The notes under the pieces: generated by a model
What the model saw: only the letters and a program-made list of their open reading frames with translations
Databases searched by the model: none
Told to the model about the DNA's origin: nothing
Shown here: positions 20,323 through 30,384 of the stretch, piece by piece
Layout of the letters: every line of letters starts with the position of its first letter
How positions within the stretch are numbered: position 1 is the stretch's first letter
Assembly: GCA_963706025.1 (NCBI GenBank)
Contig: CAVPLM010000003.1
Span: 768,001 to 832,000 of the forward strand
Length of the DNA stretch: 64,000 nucleotides
Direction: 5' to 3'
DNA from: an uncultured Actinomycetes bacterium
Lineage (GTDB): Bacteria; Actinomycetota; Thermoleophilia; RBG-16-64-13
Made by a program: the position numbers and the translations under genes

Positions 20323-21186
20323 GTGAAGATGGCTCTTATCGGGTGTTTCGTTACGCCCCATCCGCCCATAATCGTGCCGGAGGTAGGGGGTGACAGCCTG
20401 GCGGAAGCGGACGCCACCGTGCGGGCGATGCGCACGGTGCGGGAGAAAGCGGCCTTGCTCGATCCCGAGACCATCGTCCTTATGTCTCCCCACAGCCCGC
20501 TGGCCCGAAGTCAGATGGGGGTGTCTCTCGCTTCCGCTTACAAGGGATCCTTGGCCTTCTTCCGGGCGCCGCACGTGCGCATCGAAGCGGCGGGCGACCA
20601 GGGCCTGGCGGAGGCCATCCTGGAAGAGGCTCTGGGTCATGGTGTCCCGGCGACGATCACCGCGTCGCACGGGGAAGTGGTCGACCTCGATCACGGAGCC
20701 ACGGTCCCGCTGTGGTATCTGATGGGTGCGTTGGCGAGACCCTGCGACTTGGTCGAGCTCGCCTTCTCCTATCTAAGCCTGGAAGAGCACGTGCGTTTCG
20801 GAGAGGCCGTCGGCCGGGCCATGATCGCCGCGCCTACGCGGGTCGTCTACGTGGCGAGCAGCGACCTCAGCCACCGGCTGCTTCCAGGAGCTCCGGCCGG
20901 TTACGATCCTCGCGGCGCCGAGTTCGACCGGGCGGTGGCGGACACCTTCGCGGCGGGAGACTGGGAAGCGCTCCTGTCCATCGATCCCGGGCTGGTGAGA
21001 GCGGCGGGAGAGTGCGGTTACCGGTCTCTGGCGACGCTCTCGGGGGTGGTCGGGGCGGTCGAGGCGGCCGGCGGCCATTTCCGCAACCATATGCTCTCGT
21101 ACGAGGGGCCCTTCGGGGTCGGCTACATGGTGGGAGAAGTGGAGATCACGGGGGAAACGCCGGCTGGGGAGGAGGGCGGCGGATGA
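20323..21186 (+). CDS. amrB: AmmeMemoRadiSam protein B (Memo/LigB-like)
   Basis: PHPPIIVPEVG, LDHG, ASSDLSHRL, AGECG, SYEGPFGVGY. Confidence 0.88.
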   Translation: MKMALIGCFVTPHPPIIVPEVGGDSLAEADATVRAMRTVREKAALLDPETIVLMSPHSPLARSQMGVSLASAYKGSLAFFRAPHVRIEAAGDQGLAEAILEEALGHGVPATITASHGEVVDLDHGATVPLWYLMGALARPCDLVELAFSYLSLEEHVRFGEAVGRAMIAAPTRVVYVASSDLSHRLLPGAPAGYDPRGAEFDRAVADTFAAGDWEALLSIDPGLVRAAGECGYRSLATLSGVVGAVEAAGGHFRNHMLSYEGPFGVGYMVGEVEITGETPAGEEGGG

Positions 21187-21719
21187 GCGGGGAAGCGCAG
21201 GAGCAGGGCGACCCCCTGGTCAGACTGGCCCGCGATGCCATCGAAGCTTACGTGCGGGATCAAATCGTCCTTGAGCCGGTGGAGTCACTGGGATCGGAGC
21301 CCGAGCGAGCGGGCGTGTTCGTATCGCTGCACCGAGGCGACGGGTCCTTGCGGGGATGCATCGGCACGATACGGCCCACACGGGATAGCATCGGGGAAGA
21401 GATCGTCGGCAACGCCATAAGCGCCGCCACCAGGGATCCACGCTTCTATCCTCTTGAGGCGGATGAACTGGACGACCTGGATATCTCGGTGGACGTGCTG
21501 GGGCCGCCGGAAGCCGTTGGCGGCCTGGACGACCTCGATCCCAAGGAGTACGGCCTCATCGTGCAGACGGCCGACGGTCGGCAGGCGCTGCTGCTGCCCG
21601 ACCTCGAAGGTGTGGAGACGCCCGAGCAGCAATTGAGCATCACTTGCCGCAAGGGAGGCATCGACCCCAGCCAAGATCAGTACCGTCTCTCCCGGTTCCG
21701 TGTGGAGCGTCATCATTAA
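21183..21719 (+). CDS. amrA: AmmeMemoRadiSam protein A (AMMECR1 domain)
   Basis: GVFVSL, LRGCIGT, NAISAATRDPRF, ISVDVL, LLLPDLEGV; ATGA overlap. Confidence 0.92.
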   Translation: MSGEAQEQGDPLVRLARDAIEAYVRDQIVLEPVESLGSEPERAGVFVSLHRGDGSLRGCIGTIRPTRDSIGEEIVGNAISAATRDPRFYPLEADELDDLDISVDVLGPPEAVGGLDDLDPKEYGLIVQTADGRQALLLPDLEGVETPEQQLSITCRKGGIDPSQDQYRLSRFRVERHH

Positions 21720-21805
21720 CGACACCGCGGATATGTCGAAGGGCCCTCTTGCCGGCCTCGGAGTCTTTTCAGTGGCCGTGTCCTGCGGTATCATCGAACT
21801 TACTT

Positions 21806-22345
21806 ATGGCTGCCATGAATAACAGAGGAATCCCCGTGCAGAGCAGTGGATCGGGCGCTGTGGTGGTCGGCCCCCGGTTTCGTCGCCGCAAGTACCGTCG
21901 TTTCACCACCGGGCACCTGATGTGGAGTGGACTTCTCCGCGTGATCCAACGGATCACGCGCTACAAGCGCAGCGACAAGCTCGAGTTCAAGATCAGCTTC
22001 TCCGTCCCCGACCTGCTGAGTGACAAGGGCAAGGCGGTCAAGGATCAGGTGGAGGCCTTGGTGCAAGCCGTGCAGAAGGCAGGGTCCTATCAGGCCAGGG
22101 AAGAGGCTACCAGGGCCGTGCATGCGGTCATGGACGTGCTCAAGGACAGGCTCCCACCCGACGTGCTGCTCAAGCTCAGTGAGTCGATGCCGGTCAGAGA
22201 GGCGGCTCGTTTGCGCCACGCGGCCGCGCAACGTCTGCAGAAGGGCGAGAACGGCGGCGGCGAAGCCGACGACAGCGCTGTCGTCGTGGGCGGGGAAGAC
22301 AAAGTCGCTGTTGGCATAGGCGAGGACGGCTCCCCTACCCTTTGA
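21806..22345 (+). CDS. Hypothetical protein with a C-terminal DUF2267-like helical segment
   Basis: AVQKAGSYQAREEATRAVHAVMDVLKDRLPPD resembles DUF2267; start uncertain; 3' end overlaps rtcB by 11 nt. Confidence 0.55.
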   Translation: MAAMNNRGIPVQSSGSGAVVVGPRFRRRKYRRFTTGHLMWSGLLRVIQRITRYKRSDKLEFKISFSVPDLLSDKGKAVKDQVEALVQAVQKAGSYQAREEATRAVHAVMDVLKDRLPPDVLLKLSESMPVREAARLRHAAAQRLQKGENGGGEADDSAVVVGGEDKVAVGIGEDGSPTL

Positions 22346-23780
22346 CCACCCCGAGCGGCCGGAGTCGGGCCACCCGGGGGGAGATCCCAGCCCGGTCCAT
22401 CACCGCCACCACGCGCTCCACATCCTTGTAGGCTTCGGGCATCTCCTCGCCCAGGGTCTTCGGTCCCTGCGAACGCACGAATACTCCGGCTTTCGCCAGT
22501 TCTCCAGCTATGGTCCTGCCCTTGGCTCGCTTCAGGGCCTGGGCTCTGCTCATCACCCGGCCCGCCCCGTGGCACGTGGAGCCGAAGGTCCGTCTCATGG
22601 CCTCTTCGGTCCCTTTGCAGACAAACGAAGCCGTGCCCATATCCCCGGGGATGAGCACAGGCTGTCCCACCGCTCTGTAATCGGGCGGTACTTCGGCCCG
22701 GCCCGGCCCGAATGCGCGGGTAGCCCCCTTCCGGTGCACACAGGTCTCCAACAGGACCCCGGCGACCTCGTGCGTCTCCAGCTTGGCGATGTTGTGCGCC
22801 ACGTCGTAGACCAGGCGCAAGTCGAGTTCCTTGGGGGAGATGCGCAGCGCGTGCAGGAGGGCCTGCTCGGTGAGGTGCATTATCATCTGGCGGTTGGCCC
22901 AGGCGTAGTTGGCCGCACAAGCCATGGCCGCGAGGTATCGACGCCCCTCCGGGGAATCCACCGGCGCGCATGACAGCTGGCGATCGGGAAGCTCGAGGTG
23001 ATACCGAGAGGTGGCGGCCGCCATCACACCAAGGTAGTCCTCACACACCTGGTACCCAAGACCGCGAGACCCGCAGTGCACCATGACGGTCATCTGTCCT
23101 TGGCGCAGGCCATAGGCCTGCGCGGCTTCGCGGTCGAAGACCTCGTCCACCACCTGGATCTCCAGGAAGTGGTTGCCCGAGCCCAACGTACCCACCTGGT
23201 CCTGCCCGCGGGCATAAGCGCGCTCGCTGACTGCAGCAGGGTCGGCGCCCGGCAACGCGCCGCGGTCCTCGGTGTGCTCCAGGTCGTCGGGGGAGCCGTA
23301 GCCCCGCTCCACGGCCCAAGCGGCTCCTTTGACCAGCACTCGCTCCAGTTCCGAACGCGGCAGCTTGGCGATGGCCCCACTGGAGCCCACCCCCGAAGGC
23401 ACATCCCGGAAAAGCTGGTCGACCATTCGCGGCACCTTCTCGCGTATGTCGGCCGCCTCCAATCCGGTCGCCAAGAGTCTGCAGCCACAGTTGACGTCGT
23501 ATCCCACCCCACCGGGCGACACCACTCCGCCATCGACGGCGAAGGCGGCCACTCCGCCGATGGGGAAGCCATAGCCGTAGTGGATGTCGGGCATGGCCAG
23601 CGAGAAACACAGGATGCCGGGAAGATGGGCCACATTGCCCACCTGCACGAGACTCTGATCCTCCGCTAACGCCGCCACCAACTCGCGATCGGCGTAGATG
23701 CGGCCGGGCACGCGCATACCGCCGGTCACCGGCAACTCCCAGACCACGTCGTCCACTTGTCGCAGTGACGGTGCTTTCAT
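22335..23780 (-). CDS. rtcB: RtcB RNA 2',3'-cyclic phosphate/5'-OH ligase
   Basis: MPDIHYGYGFPIGG, GVGYDVNCG, GTLGSGNHFLE, HCGSRG, DVAHN, HRKGAT, PGDMG, STCHGAGR, EEMPEAYK. Confidence 0.97.
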   Translation of the reverse strand: MKAPSLRQVDDVVWELPVTGGMRVPGRIYADRELVAALAEDQSLVQVGNVAHLPGILCFSLAMPDIHYGYGFPIGGVAAFAVDGGVVSPGGVGYDVNCGCRLLATGLEAADIREKVPRMVDQLFRDVPSGVGSSGAIAKLPRSELERVLVKGAAWAVERGYGSPDDLEHTEDRGALPGADPAAVSERAYARGQDQVGTLGSGNHFLEIQVVDEVFDREAAQAYGLRQGQMTVMVHCGSRGLGYQVCEDYLGVMAAATSRYHLELPDRQLSCAPVDSPEGRRYLAAMACAANYAWANRQMIMHLTEQALLHALRISPKELDLRLVYDVAHNIAKLETHEVAGVLLETCVHRKGATRAFGPGRAEVPPDYRAVGQPVLIPGDMGTASFVCKGTEEAMRRTFGSTCHGAGRVMSRAQALKRAKGRTIAGELAKAGVFVRSQGPKTLGEEMPEAYKDVERVVAVMDRAGISPRVARLRPLGVVKG

Positions 23781-23798
23781 CTCTGATCCCCTCGCCCC

Positions 23799-24419
23799 TC
23801 ACACGTCGAACAACACGGTGGCCCGGTAGGCTCCGTCGGGCATAAGGTCCAAAGCCAACCGGTGATAGGTCACCGCTTTGATCTCGGCGGTGAGGGTGTG
23901 ACGGTCTCCGGCGGCTTTGTCCCCCCACAACCGGGCCACGACCTTCACGCCGCCTGGTTCCGGACGGGCCTCTCCCGCCGGGAGTCCCGCCCCCTCAGGG
24001 GGTATGGCGGTCTCGACGGCGACCTGGGCGCCTACGGCCACGAAACCCTCCGTCTCGAACCGGTACAACGCCTCGTTCAGAAGCGCGCGCAGAGCGTCCG
24101 GTGGCGATGTCCCCGATGCGGTGATCACCATCTCCCGGCTTGCTCCGAATCCACCCAGCTCCGCTACCTGGTCGTAAAAGGCGAAGAGGGCGTTCTCGAA
24201 GAGCGTGGCAAGATCCCGGCCCGTGATCTCCAGTAACAGATCGGCGGGGTGCTCCAGCTCCCGGTAGACGCCCTCCCGGTCTCGCGACGCCCAGGTCGGC
24301 GACACCTCAGCCTTCGGCGCCCGACTCCCCGGCGCCCCAGCCTGCGGCGCCCCACTCTGCGGCGCCCGACTCTGCGGCGCCCGACTCTGCGGCGCCCGAC
24401 TATCTGCCTTGTTCACCAT
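23799..24419 (-). CDS. Archease (RtcB activator) with a repeat-expanded N-terminus
   Basis: YRELEHPADL, LFENA, EIKAVTYHRL, C-terminal VLFDV; adjacent to rtcB; start could also be 24473. Confidence 0.9.
   Translation of the reverse strand: MVNKADSRAPQSRAPQSRAPQSGAPQAGAPGSRAPKAEVSPTWASRDREGVYRELEHPADLLLEITGRDLATLFENALFAFYDQVAELGGFGASREMVITASGTSPPDALRALLNEALYRFETEGFVAVGAQVAVETAIPPEGAGLPAGEARPEPGGVKVVARLWGDKAAGDRHTLTAEIKAVTYHRLALDLMPDGAYRATVLFDV
24316..24402. repeat. 15-bp tandem repeat (~6 copies) encoding (S/A)(R/G)APQ-like units
   Basis: GGCGCCCGACTCTGC and variants read directly. Confidence 0.85.
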
Positions 24420-26973
24420 CTTTTCCGGCTCCGACCGGCTTCGGCCGAGCCTTTCTCGCGCTCGGCCGGTCATCGCTCGAGGGTTGTTGGGCGTTGGTCT
24501 TCGCGCTCATGGTCGTGCGCGGGCGGCGCGGCTTCTTCGGGGAGGCGAGGATCTGGTCAAGGACGGCACCCACATGGTCCACGTAAACGAACTCCAGACC
24601 CTGAAGCAGGTCATCGCCTCGGATCTCGCTCACGTCGGCTTCGTTGCGGTCCGGCAGAAACACGCGGGTGATCCCGGCCGCCCGGGCGGCCAGCACTTTT
24701 TCTTTGATGCCGCCGACCGGCAGCACCTGTCCGGTGAGGGTCACCTCGCCGGTCATGGCCACGCTGGAGTCGACCACCCGGCCGGACACCATGCTGGCGA
24801 GAGCGACGGCCATCGCTACGCCGGCCGAGGGGCCGTCCTTGGGCACGGCACCCGCGGGCACGTGCACGTGGATGTCGTGTTTTTGGAAGAACTTGCCGTC
24901 GATCCCGAGGCGCTCGGATACACTGCGCACGAAAGTCAGCGCAGCCTGGGCCGACTCCTTCATCACGTCTCCCAGTTGTCCGGTGAGGATCAGCCGCCCC
25001 GTGCCCGGCATCGCCCGGGCCTCGATGAACAGGATGTCGCCTCCCGTCGGAGTCCAGGCCAGCCCGGTCGAGACTCCAGGATCGGCCGTGCGGCGCTTGG
25101 TCTCGCGAAAGACCTTCTGCTTGCCCAGGAAGTCGGCCACCTGGTCACGATCGACGGTCAGGTTCTCTTTCCCCTCTTCGGCCACCATGCGGGCGAACTT
25201 GCGGGCGATGGTACCGATCTGCCGCTCCAATCCGCGTACGCCCGCCTCCCGGGTGTAGTTCTCGATCACCGTGCGCAGGGCATCGTCGGTCACGCCCAGC
25301 TGGTCTTCCCTCAGGCCGTTCCTCTCCAGCTGCCGGGGCACCAGGTACCGGCGGGCTATGTGGAGCTTGTCCCCTTCCGTGTAGCCGGCGATGGAGATGA
25401 TCTCCATGCGATCGCGCAAAGGGCCGGGGATCGTGTCGAGCATGTTGGCCGTGCAGATGAACATGACCCTTGAGAGGTCGAACGGCAGATCGAGGTAGTG
25501 ATCGCGGAAGGTGCCGTTCTGTTCCGGATCGAGCACTTCCAGCATGGCGCTGGAGGGATCGCCCCGCCAGTCGGAGCCCATCTTGTCGATCTCGTCGATC
25601 ATGAACACCGGGTTGCCGCTGGCGGCGTCGCGGATGGCGCGGATGATGGTGCCGGGCATGGCGCCGACGTAGGTGCGCCGGTGGCCGCGTATCTCGGACT
25701 CGTCGCGTACCCCGCCCACGCTTATGCGGATGAACTTCCGGCCCATGGCCCGGGCGATGCTCTTGCCCAGGCTGGTCTTGCCCACTCCAGGTGGACCGGC
25801 GAAGCACAGGATCGGCCCCGACACCTCGCTCTTGAGTTTCTGCACCGCCAGGAACTCGAGGATACGGTCCTTGACGTCTTCCAGATCGTAATGATCGTCG
25901 TCGAGCACCTTGCGGGCGTGCGCGATGTCCAGGTCGTCCTCGGTGACCACCGACCAGGGCAGTGACACGATCCAATCGAGGTAGGTGCGTATGACCCCAT
26001 ACTCGGCCGCGGCCGGAGGCAGCTTCGACAGCCGGTCCAACTCCCGCCTGGCCTGTTTTTCCACCTCCTCGGGGAGGCCGGCCTTTTCGATACGCTCCCG
26101 CAACTCATTGACCTCGGCCTGGGTCTCATCGGACTCGCCCAGCTCTTCTTGGATAGCCTTGAGCTGTTGCCGCAGGACGTACTCGCGCTGAGATTTGTCC
26201 ATCTCCGACTGGACCTGGTCCTGGATCTTCGAACCCAGTTCCAGGACCTCCAACTCTCGATTCATGAGCGCGGTCAGACGGCGCAGGCGCTTGGAGACGT
26301 CCACTTCCTCCAGAAGCTCCTGCTTCTCCTCGGTCTTGAGGCGCATGGTCGAAGCGATGAAATAGCCCAGGGCGGCCGGTTCGTCGATGTTGGCTGCCGC
26401 CATCTCCAGCTCGTCCGGCAGGTAAGGGACCAACTGTATGATCCTGGTGTAGACCGAGACCAGGTTTCGCTGCAAGGCCTCCAGCTCGGTGCCCTCCTCG
26501 ACGACGTCGGGAAGATCGTGTACGTGGGCGGTGAGGTACGGCTCTTCCGACGTGAAGCCGTCGATCTCGATCCGGCGGATGCCTTGAGCGATGATGCGGA
26601 GCGTCCCGTCGGGAGCCTTGATCATCTTCTGGATGCTGGCAAGAACCCCGACCGTGTGCACGTCCTCCGGGCCCGGGGTCTCGATCTCAGGATCCCTGGA
26701 TGCCAACAGGCCCACTTGTTTGTCTCCCCGTAGGATGTCGTCGATAAGACGCACGGAACGGGGCTGGCCGACGGCCAGGGGCATCATGGTGTCGGGGAAG
26801 ACCACCGTGTCCTTGAGCGGCAGGATGGGCAGACTGGTCGGGCTGGGGGCAAGGCCGTTGTCGGTCGGCTCCTGGGAGACGATGACGAAATCCTGGCCGG
26901 CGGCCTCCAGGGGACCATCGAGGTCGGGAAGCGGTTCCTTGATAGATCTCTTGCGCGTCTCTCTGGCGGTCAT
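24400..26973 (-). CDS. lon: ATP-dependent Lon protease
   Basis: LPILPLKDTVVFP, GPPGVGKTS, IRGHRRTYVGA, DEIDK, PKDGPSAG, VGGIKEK. Confidence 0.97.
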   Translation of the reverse strand: MTARETRKRSIKEPLPDLDGPLEAAGQDFVIVSQEPTDNGLAPSPTSLPILPLKDTVVFPDTMMPLAVGQPRSVRLIDDILRGDKQVGLLASRDPEIETPGPEDVHTVGVLASIQKMIKAPDGTLRIIAQGIRRIEIDGFTSEEPYLTAHVHDLPDVVEEGTELEALQRNLVSVYTRIIQLVPYLPDELEMAAANIDEPAALGYFIASTMRLKTEEKQELLEEVDVSKRLRRLTALMNRELEVLELGSKIQDQVQSEMDKSQREYVLRQQLKAIQEELGESDETQAEVNELRERIEKAGLPEEVEKQARRELDRLSKLPPAAAEYGVIRTYLDWIVSLPWSVVTEDDLDIAHARKVLDDDHYDLEDVKDRILEFLAVQKLKSEVSGPILCFAGPPGVGKTSLGKSIARAMGRKFIRISVGGVRDESEIRGHRRTYVGAMPGTIIRAIRDAASGNPVFMIDEIDKMGSDWRGDPSSAMLEVLDPEQNGTFRDHYLDLPFDLSRVMFICTANMLDTIPGPLRDRMEIISIAGYTEGDKLHIARRYLVPRQLERNGLREDQLGVTDDALRTVIENYTREAGVRGLERQIGTIARKFARMVAEEGKENLTVDRDQVADFLGKQKVFRETKRRTADPGVSTGLAWTPTGGDILFIEARAMPGTGRLILTGQLGDVMKESAQAALTFVRSVSERLGIDGKFFQKHDIHVHVPAGAVPKDGPSAGVAMAVALASMVSGRVVDSSVAMTGEVTLTGQVLPVGGIKEKVLAARAAGITRVFLPDRNEADVSEIRGDDLLQGLEFVYVDHVGAVLDQILASPKKPRRPRTTMSAKTNAQQPSSDDRPSARKARPKPVGAGKDGEQGR

Positions 26974-27437
26974 CGCTCCTGCCCGCCTTCTTCCTTCGTG
27001 TTGATGCTGATCCGCTTACCGGCCGACCGCGGGCTCATGGGGAGGATGATCGTAAGAAAGCCGGCGGCATAGCCGGCCGACGCCTTGCCGGCATCGACCC
27101 CGGGGGGCAGCATGATCGCACGCTCAAAACGGCCGTATACAATCTCCATCTGTTGGTACACCGCCTCGGGGTGCCGCTCGTCGGAGCGCGTGCCGCTCAC
27201 CCGCAGGACATTGTCGTTGACTTCCAGGTCGATCGCGTCCGGGTCGATGCCGGGCAGTTCCAGCCTGACCACGACCGCTCTCTCGCTCTTGTCGAAGTAG
27301 ACATCGGCGCTGGGACGGAAGGCGGCCTTGCCATATCGGGGCACCCGTTCTCCCCGGAGCAAGTCGAGGAACATCTTGTCGACCTCGCTCTGGAGCCGCC
27401 CGAAGCGGGCAGGATCGTCCTTGCGTTTCGGTTCCAC
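26970..27437 (-). CDS. Hsp20/alpha-crystallin small heat-shock protein
   Basis: PSADVY, ELPGID, LRVSGTR, YGRFERAIMLP, GFLTIILP; ATGA overlap with lon. Confidence 0.92.
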   Translation of the reverse strand: MEPKRKDDPARFGRLQSEVDKMFLDLLRGERVPRYGKAAFRPSADVYFDKSERAVVVRLELPGIDPDAIDLEVNDNVLRVSGTRSDERHPEAVYQQMEIVYGRFERAIMLPPGVDAGKASAGYAAGFLTIILPMSPRSAGKRISINTKEEGGQER

Positions 27438-27472
27438 GGCGTGACCTCATCTCGATGAGTTTGTCTTTCTAC

Positions 27473-27524
27473 AGAGTATTGCCGCAAAGTGCTCGGGGCA
27501 AACCGCGCCGGGCGGGTTTGCCCC
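27473..27524 (-). promoter_or_regulatory. Candidate hsp20-lon operon promoter overlapping an inverted repeat
   Basis: Minus strand TTGCCC-17 nt-TACTCT; hairpin GGGGCAAACC/GGTTTGCCCC at 27495-27524 may terminate UPF0182. Confidence 0.5.
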
Positions 27525-27615
27525 CTCCACCCGCGGAGAAAACCATGCTTACCGGAGGTGAAGCCTCAAGCGCGACCCCGCTCCCAGCGAGCCGATGTCT
27601 AACCAGGTGCCTGAG

Positions 27616-30384
27616 CTATTCTAGGGCGGCCAGCGCCTCCAGCACCGCCCCGAGTGCCTCGATCTGACGCCCATATTCGGCCCAGTCTCCCCGCTGCTGG
27701 GCCTCGATGGCCGCCTGGTAGTGTTGGTTGGCCTGCGCGATCAGCTTGGCTTGGTCGGTCGAAAGCGTGGTCGTCGTCCCGCCCGGTACCGTGGTGGTCG
27801 TGCCGCCGGTGGTGGTCGTGGTCGACGTCCCGCCCGGCACAGTGGTGGTCGTACCGCCGGTGGTGGTCGTGGTCGAAGACCCGGGTCCGACCGGCTCGCC
27901 GAAGAGCTTCGTCAGGGCCTCGCCCAGGGTGGGTTCCATGACCACGGAGTCCCCATAGCTGGCGATCACTCGCGTCAGTTCGGGTATAGGACTCTGCTCG
28001 GCCTGCAGGTAGAGCGGCTCGAAGTACATGACCGATTGATTGACGGGGATCACAAGCATGTTGCCACGGATCACTTGACTCCCAGACTGGCTCCAGAGGG
28101 TTATCTGTGCTGAGATCTCAGGATCGTTGGAGATCCGTGCTTCTACCTGGGCCGGGCCGAAGACCAGTTTGTCCTTGGGGTAGTCGATCAGGACGAGCTT
28201 ACCGTAGTTGTCGCCGTCCTGAAGCGCGACCAACTGAGAGGCCATGTTGTCCTTGCCCAGTGGAGAGAACGGCAGCAACAAGGCGAACTCGGGATCGGTG
28301 GAACCCGGCAAAGCCAGTGTCTCGTAGTAGGGCACCACGGGGATCTGCTCCGCCGCATAGACCTCTGTCGGGATCTCCCACGCATCTTCTTTGTTGTAGA
28401 AGATCTGGGGGTCCGTCATGTGATAAAGGGTCAGCGCCTCGGCCTGAATGCTGTACAGGTCTTCGGGGTAGCGCATGTGGCGGCGGAGGTCGTCCGGCAT
28501 CTGGTCGCCCGGGGTGAACAGACCTTCGAAGACCTTCCCCCAGGCGTTCGCCAGTGGATCATTGGGATCTATCTGGTAGAAGGTCACCTCGCCGTCGTAG
28601 GCGTTGATGACCACTTTGATGGGGTTACGCACGTAGTTGGTCCCATCGGCCCGAGGCTGGGAGTAGGGGAACCGGTCGGTCGCGGTATACGCGTCCCACA
28701 TCCAAGCCAGCGAGCCGTCGTCCCGGAGGACCAGATAGGGGTCCCTATCGTACTGGAGGAAGGGAGCGAGGGCCTGCACCCGCTCTGTGATGGTCCTCCG
28801 GTACATGACCCGGGAATCCTCAGTGTAGGAGCTCGAGAAGAACAGCTTGGCGTCTCCGAACCTGAAGGCGAAGGCGGCCTCCCGCACCTTGCTACCGACC
28901 GGTACCCCCCCTTGGCCCTGGTAGGTGGCTGAGACGTTGGTATCACCCTTGGGATAGTCGAATTCCGGGCTTGTGGTCTTCACAATAACGAAGTCGTTCC
29001 CCAGCTCCCCGTAGTAGATCTCAGGGCGAGTGATCACGAGGTCGGTGTCGGTCTTGGGCGGGATGTCGCTAATCAGAAGGATGGGCAGTCCGTCTCCTCC
29101 AGCCTCGTTCACCGGGCTCATGACCACCCCGTAGCCGTGGGTGTAGGTGAGGTGCTTGTTGACCCAGGTCTGGGATTGCTCCTGGAGCTGGGTCTGGTCG
29201 AGCTCTCGGCCGCTTATTAGCACCTGGCGGTACTCCCCGTCAATGAGATAGCGGTCCACGTCCACGTCGACGAACGAGTAGTAGAGGCGGATCTCCTGGA
29301 TCTGAGAGTAGGTATCGAGCGCCGGACGGGGCTCCCAGAGGCGTATGTTGGCGATTGTCCCGGCATTCGCCCTCACGTCGTCGGCGGTCAGGTCGGTGGT
29401 GGCGGCGGAAGACACTTTGGTGACCTTGTCTAGCCCGAAGGCCCAGCGGGTGGCCTCGATGTTGTTGGCGATGTAGGGCGTCTCGGCTGCGATCTCGTTC
29501 GGCGACACTCTGTACTGCTGAATGATGGCGGGGTAGGCCTTGCCGGCTATCGCCCAGGTCAGAAACATGATCGCGATGGCGATCATGGGCAGTCTCCAGC
29601 CTTTGTAGCGGATGTTCGCAAGGAAGATGGCTGCGGCGACCAGGGACACGATGGCGAGGAAATGAAGCACCGGGAGAGACGCGTTCACATCGGTGTAGCT
29701 CGCTCCAAAGGTGGCGCCTCGCTCGGAGTAGTCGAGCGCCCAGGTCTGGAGCATGTAGTCTCCGGCCTTGACCACCATTGCCAGCGCCAGGATGACCGAG
29801 AGATGCGCCTTGACGTGCGGAGCCAGCCTGATTCTGTTCTGGGCGTTCAAGACCATGGCCCGGTCGACCACATAGGTGAAGGCGGTGGCGATGAAGGTGA
29901 GCAGGAGGATCACGCCTGCGAAGTTCACCAACGTGTTCCACACGGGCAGGGTGAACACGAAGAAGGAGGCGTCCTTCTCGAATAGGGGATCGGTATACCC
30001 GAAGTCTCCCTGATTGAGAAAGACCAGCACCTGCTCCCAGCGCCCGCTGTAGATGATGCCGACAAGGACGGCTATTGCGATGGAGGCGATCAGCATCAAC
30101 CTCCCGGGCCAGCGGCGGCGCTCGGCCAGATCGAGGACCTCGCCGTCCTCCGCTCCCGGCACGGCCAGGAGTCGGGGAGAGATCTTGCGGGCCAGCCAGA
30201 GGCTCCCGTAGAAGACCAAGAAGAAGATGACCGCGAAGAAGAGCCCTACGCACAACTGGGCCACGATCGGAGTCCAGAACACGGTCGTGTACCCGACCTC
30301 CTCATACCAGAGGTACTCGGTCCAGATACGGGAGATGAATCCAAACACCCCGAGGACCACGACCAGGATGATGGCGATGACCAC
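27616..30384 (-). CDS. UPF0182 family membrane protein
   Basis: WYEEVGYTTVFW, DPLFEKDASFFVF, GASYTDV, NIRLW, YTHGYG, RPEIYYGE, NYVRN, QVIRGN; frame stays open upstream to ~30519. Confidence 0.95.
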   Translation of the reverse strand: MVIAIILVVVLGVFGFISRIWTEYLWYEEVGYTTVFWTPIVAQLCVGLFFAVIFFLVFYGSLWLARKISPRLLAVPGAEDGEVLDLAERRRWPGRLMLIASIAIAVLVGIIYSGRWEQVLVFLNQGDFGYTDPLFEKDASFFVFTLPVWNTLVNFAGVILLLTFIATAFTYVVDRAMVLNAQNRIRLAPHVKAHLSVILALAMVVKAGDYMLQTWALDYSERGATFGASYTDVNASLPVLHFLAIVSLVAAAIFLANIRYKGWRLPMIAIAIMFLTWAIAGKAYPAIIQQYRVSPNEIAAETPYIANNIEATRWAFGLDKVTKVSSAATTDLTADDVRANAGTIANIRLWEPRPALDTYSQIQEIRLYYSFVDVDVDRYLIDGEYRQVLISGRELDQTQLQEQSQTWVNKHLTYTHGYGVVMSPVNEAGGDGLPILLISDIPPKTDTDLVITRPEIYYGELGNDFVIVKTTSPEFDYPKGDTNVSATYQGQGGVPVGSKVREAAFAFRFGDAKLFFSSSYTEDSRVMYRRTITERVQALAPFLQYDRDPYLVLRDDGSLAWMWDAYTATDRFPYSQPRADGTNYVRNPIKVVINAYDGEVTFYQIDPNDPLANAWGKVFEGLFTPGDQMPDDLRRHMRYPEDLYSIQAEALTLYHMTDPQIFYNKEDAWEIPTEVYAAEQIPVVPYYETLALPGSTDPEFALLLPFSPLGKDNMASQLVALQDGDNYGKLVLIDYPKDKLVFGPAQVEARISNDPEISAQITLWSQSGSQVIRGNMLVIPVNQSVMYFEPLYLQAEQSPIPELTRVIASYGDSVVMEPTLGEALTKLFGEPVGPGSSTTTTTGGTTTTVPGGTSTTTTTGGTTTTVPGGTTTTLSTDQAKLIAQANQHYQAAIEAQQRGDWAEYGRQIEALGAVLEALAALE

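Noticed and set aside
27440-27615. CIRCE/HAIR heat-shock operator or ncRNA upstream of hsp20
   Set aside because: Only a partial GCACTT half-site and a short CTCATC/GATGAG palindrome; no complete TTAGCACTC-N9-GAGTGCTAA or CTTGAGT-N7-ACTCAAG, and no recognisable RNA family
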